Part shown: one piece after another, positions 61,001 through 64,000 of the stretch
How the letters are laid out: each line of letters starts with the position of its first letter
Position numbering within the stretch: position 1 is the first letter of the stretch
Assembly (NCBI RefSeq): GCF_009914755.1
Contig: NC_060929.1
Source of the DNA: the human T2T-CHM13v2.0 reference genome, Homo sapiens
Length of the DNA stretch: 64,000 nt
Strand: one strand, 5' to 3'
Position numbers and translations under genes: made by a program
Notes under the pieces: model-generated
What the model was told of the DNA's origin: nothing
Database searches by the model: none
The model's input: only the letters and a program-made list of their open reading frames with translations

Positions 61001-64000
61001 ATATTTTGACCACTTAGAGGCCTTCGTTGGAATCGGGTTTTTTTCCTGTAAGGCTAGACAGAAGAATTCCCAGTAACTTCCTTGTGTTGTGTACATTCAA
61101 CTCACAGAGTTGAACGTTCCCTTAGACAGAGCAGATTTGAAACACTCTTTTTGTGCAATTGGCAAGTGGAGATTTCAAGCGCTTTGAGGTCAATGGCAGA
61201 AAAGGAAATATCTTCGTTTCAAAACTAGACAGAATCATTCCCACAAACTGCGTTGTGATGTGTTCGTTCAACTCACAGAGTTTAACCTTTCTTTTCATAG
61301 AGCAGTTAGGAAACAGTCTGTTTGAAAATTCTGTAAGGGGATATTCTGACATCTTGTGGCCTTCGTTGGAAACGGGATTTCTTCATATTCTGCTAGACAG
61401 AAGAATTCTCAGAATCTTCCTTGTGTTGTGTGTATTCAACTCACAGAGTTGAACGATCGTTTACACAGAGCAGATTTGAAACACTCATTTGGTGGAATTT
61501 GCAAGTGGAGATTTCAGCCGCTTTGAGGTCAATGGTAGAAAAGGAAATATCTTCGTATAACAACTAGACAGAATGATTCTCAGAAACTTCTTTGTGATGT
61601 GTGTGTTCAACTCACAGTGTTTAACCTTTCTTTTCATAGAGCAGTTAGGAAACACTGTGTTTTTAAACTCTGCAAGTGGATATTCAGACCTCTTTGAGGC
61701 CTTCGTTGGAAACGGGTTTCTTCATACTGTGCTAGACAGAAGAATTCTCAGTAACTTCCTTGTGTTGTGTGTATTCAACTCACAGAGTTGAACGATCCTT
61801 TACACAGAGCAGACTTGAAACACTCTTTTTGTGGAATTTGCAAGTGGAGATTTCAGCCGCGTTGAGGTCAATGGTAGAAAAGGAAATATCTTCGTATAAA
61901 AACTAGACAGAATGATTCTCAGAAACTCCTTTGTGATGTGTGTGTTCAACTCACAGAGTTTAACATTTCTTTTCATAGAGCAGTTAGGAAACACTCTGTT
62001 TGTAAAGTCTGCAAGTGGATATTCAGACCTCTTTGAGGCCTTCGTTGGAAACGGGTTTTTTTCATATAAGGCTAGACAGAAGAATTCCCAGTAACTTCCT
62101 TGTGTTGTGTGTGTTCAACTCACAGAGTTGAACTTTCATTTACACAGAGCAGATTTGAAACACTCTTTTTGTGGAATTTGCAGGTGGAGATTTCAAGCGC
62201 TTTGAGGCCAAAGGCAGAAAAGGAAATATCTTCGTATAAAAACTAGACAGAATCATTCTCAGAAACTGCTCTGCGATGTGTGCGTTCAACTCTCAGAGTT
62301 TAACTTTTCTTTTCATTCAGCAGTTTGGAAACACTCTGTTTGTAAAGTCTGCACGTGGATAATTTGACCACTTAGAGGCCTTCCTTGGAAACGGGTTTTT
62401 TTCATGTAAGTCTAGACAGAAGAATTCTCAGTAACTTCCTTGTGTTGTGTGTATTCAACTCACAGAGTTGAACGATCCTTTACACAGAGCAGACTTGTAA
62501 CACTCTTTTTGTGGAATTTGCAAGTGGAGATTTCAGCCGCTTTGAAGTCAAAGGTAGAAAAGGAAATATCTTCCTATAAAAACTAGACAGAATGATTCTC
62601 AGAAACTCCTTTGTGATGTGTACGTTCAACTCACAGAGTTTAACCTTTCTTTTCATAGAGCAGTTAGGAAACACTCTGTTTGTAAAGTCTGCAAGTGGAT
62701 ATTGAGACCTCTTTGAGGCCTTCGTTGGAAACGGGTTTTTTTCATATAAGGCTAGACAGAAGGATTCCCAGTAACTTCCTTGTGTTGTGTGTGTTCAACT
62801 CACAGAGTTGAACTTTCATTTACAAAGAGCAGATTTGAAACACTCTTTTTGTGGAATTTGCAAGTGGAGATTTCAAGCGCTTTGAGGCCAAAGGCAGAAA
62901 AGGAAATATCTTCGTATAAAAACTAGACAGAATCATTCTCAGAAACTGCTCTGCGATGTGTGCGTTCAACTCTCAGAGTTTAACTTTTCTTTTCATTCAG
63001 CAGTTTGGAAACACTCTGTTTTTAAAGTCTGCACGTGGATAATTTGACCACTTAGAGGCCTTCGTTGGAAACGGGTTTTTTTCATGTAAGGCTAGACAGA
63101 AGAATTCTCAGTAACTTCCTTGTGTTGTGTGTATTCAACTCACAGAGTTGAACGATCCTTTACACAGAGCAGACTTGTAACACTCTTTTTGTGGAATTTG
63201 CAAGTGGAGATTTCAGCCGCTTTGAAGTCAAAGGTAGAAAAGGAAATATCTTCCTATAAAAACTAGACAGAATGATTCTCAGAAACTCCTTTGTGATGTG
63301 TGCATTCAACTCACAGAGTTTAACCTTTCTTTTCATAGAGCAGTTAGGAAACACTCTGCTTGTAAAGTCTGCAAGTGGATATTCAGCCCTCTTTGAGGCC
63401 TTCGTTGGAAACGGGTTTTTTTCATATAAGGCTATACAGAAGAATTCCCAGTAACTTCCTTGTGATGTGTGTGTTCAACTCACAGAGTTGAACTTTCATT
63501 TACACAGAGCAGATTTGAAACACTCTTTTTGTGGAATTTGCAAGTGGAGATTTCAAGCGCTTTGAGGCCAAAGGCAGAAAAGGAAATATCTTCGTATAAA
63601 AACTAGACAGAATCATTCTCAGAAACTGCTCTGCGATGTGTGCGTTCAACTCTCAGAGTTTAACTTTTCTTTTCATTCAGCAGTTTGGAAACACTCTGTT
63701 TGTAAAGTCTGCACGTGGATATTTTGACCACTTAGAGGCCTTCGTTGGAAACGGGTTTTTTTCCTGTAAGGCTAGACAGAAGAATTCCCAGTAACTTCCT
63801 TGTGTTGTGTACATTCAACTCACAGAGTTGAACGTTCCCTTAGACAGAGCAGATTTGAAACACTCTTTTTGTGCAATTGGCAAGTGGAGATTTCAAGCGC
63901 TTTAAGGTCAATGGCAGAAAAGGAAATATCTTCGTTTCAAAACTAGACAGAATCATTCCCACAAACTGCGTTGTGATGTGTTCGTTCAACTCACAGAGTT

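Larger units (their letters stand above)
200..63756 (+). promoter_or_regulatory. Periodic CENP-B boxes (CTTCGTTGGAAACGGG[T/A]), one per dimer, ~188 sites
   Basis: First box at 200-216, last at 63740-63756, spaced ~340 bp. They match the established consensus YTTCGTTGGAARCGGGA (core nTTCGnnnnAnnCGGGn). A/B/E dimers usually end ...CGGGT and C/D dimers usually ...CGGGA. Confidence 0.96.
1..64000 (+). repeat. Alpha-satellite higher-order-repeat array, SF1 dimeric type (~340-bp J1/J2 dimer); probably the human chr1/5/19 family D1Z7/D5Z2/D19Z3
   Basis: Alphoid motifs throughout (CATTCTCAGAAACT, TTCAACTCACAGAGTT, GAAACACTCTTTTTGTGGAAT). CENP-B-box and box-less monomers alternate strictly. Equivalent positions 242 and 63782 are 63540 bp apart, which is 187 dimers of 339.8 bp on average. 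Orientation is single and the array runs off both ends. Alpha-satellite/SF1 identity is near certain; the chr1/5/19 assignment is recalled from consensus sequence and is less certain (~0.75). Confidence 0.98.

Noticed and set aside
300-63454. Many 60-99 aa ORFs on both strands
   Set aside because: They recur with the 340/680-bp period, overlap on opposite strands, several start at GTG/TTG, and they appear or vanish with single SNVs and indels. I recognise no protein family. They are satellite translation artefacts.
1-64000. CRISPR-like or cassette-like regular repeats
   Set aside because: There are no unique spacers (the entire unit repeats) and no cas or other genes.
1-64000. Transposon (L1/Alu) insertion, inversion or unique-sequence island
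   Set aside because: All C-to-C distances are whole multiples of ~340 bp to within a few bp. Every CENP-B box I read is on the same strand. I saw no poly-A tail or non-alphoid stretch.
1-64000. Assignment to a specific chromosome (1, 5 or 19) or to the CENP-A/CDR domain
   Set aside because: The family is shared among these chromosomes and kinetochore position is epigenetic. This needs mapping and chromatin data.
1-64000. A previously undescribed biological system
   Set aside because: Everything seen is explained by known alpha-satellite biology. Any novelty is limited to the local repeat architecture.

Overview
The whole 64 kb window is one uninterrupted, head-to-tail array of primate (almost certainly human) centromeric alpha-satellite DNA. 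It consists of ~171-bp monomers arranged as ~340-bp dimers, with one CENP-B box and usually one EcoRI site per dimer. This is suprachromosomal family 1 (J1/J2 dimeric) and most resembles the chr1/5/19 live array family (D1Z7/D5Z2/D19Z3, S1C1/5/19H1L); that assignment is from recall, not a search. I found no genes, RNA genes, transposon insertions, inversions or CRISPR arrays. All listed ORFs are periodic by-products of the repeat. I see no evidence of a new biological system. What is interesting is the internal architecture. Five dimer types (labelled here A-E) build units of variable length (4-15 dimers). The AB tetramer subtypes occur in a fixed order, suggesting a ~3.4-kb 20-mer master unit. 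Two interleaved C-D haplotype lineages are present. There is a cascade of overlapping recent tandem duplications (4758, 2719, 5438 bp), two non-tandem duplications (offsets 5097 and 7135 bp), several hybrid dimers with mappable breakpoints, and a few CENP-B boxes with core mutations. Variant calls were made by eye and need alignment to confirm.
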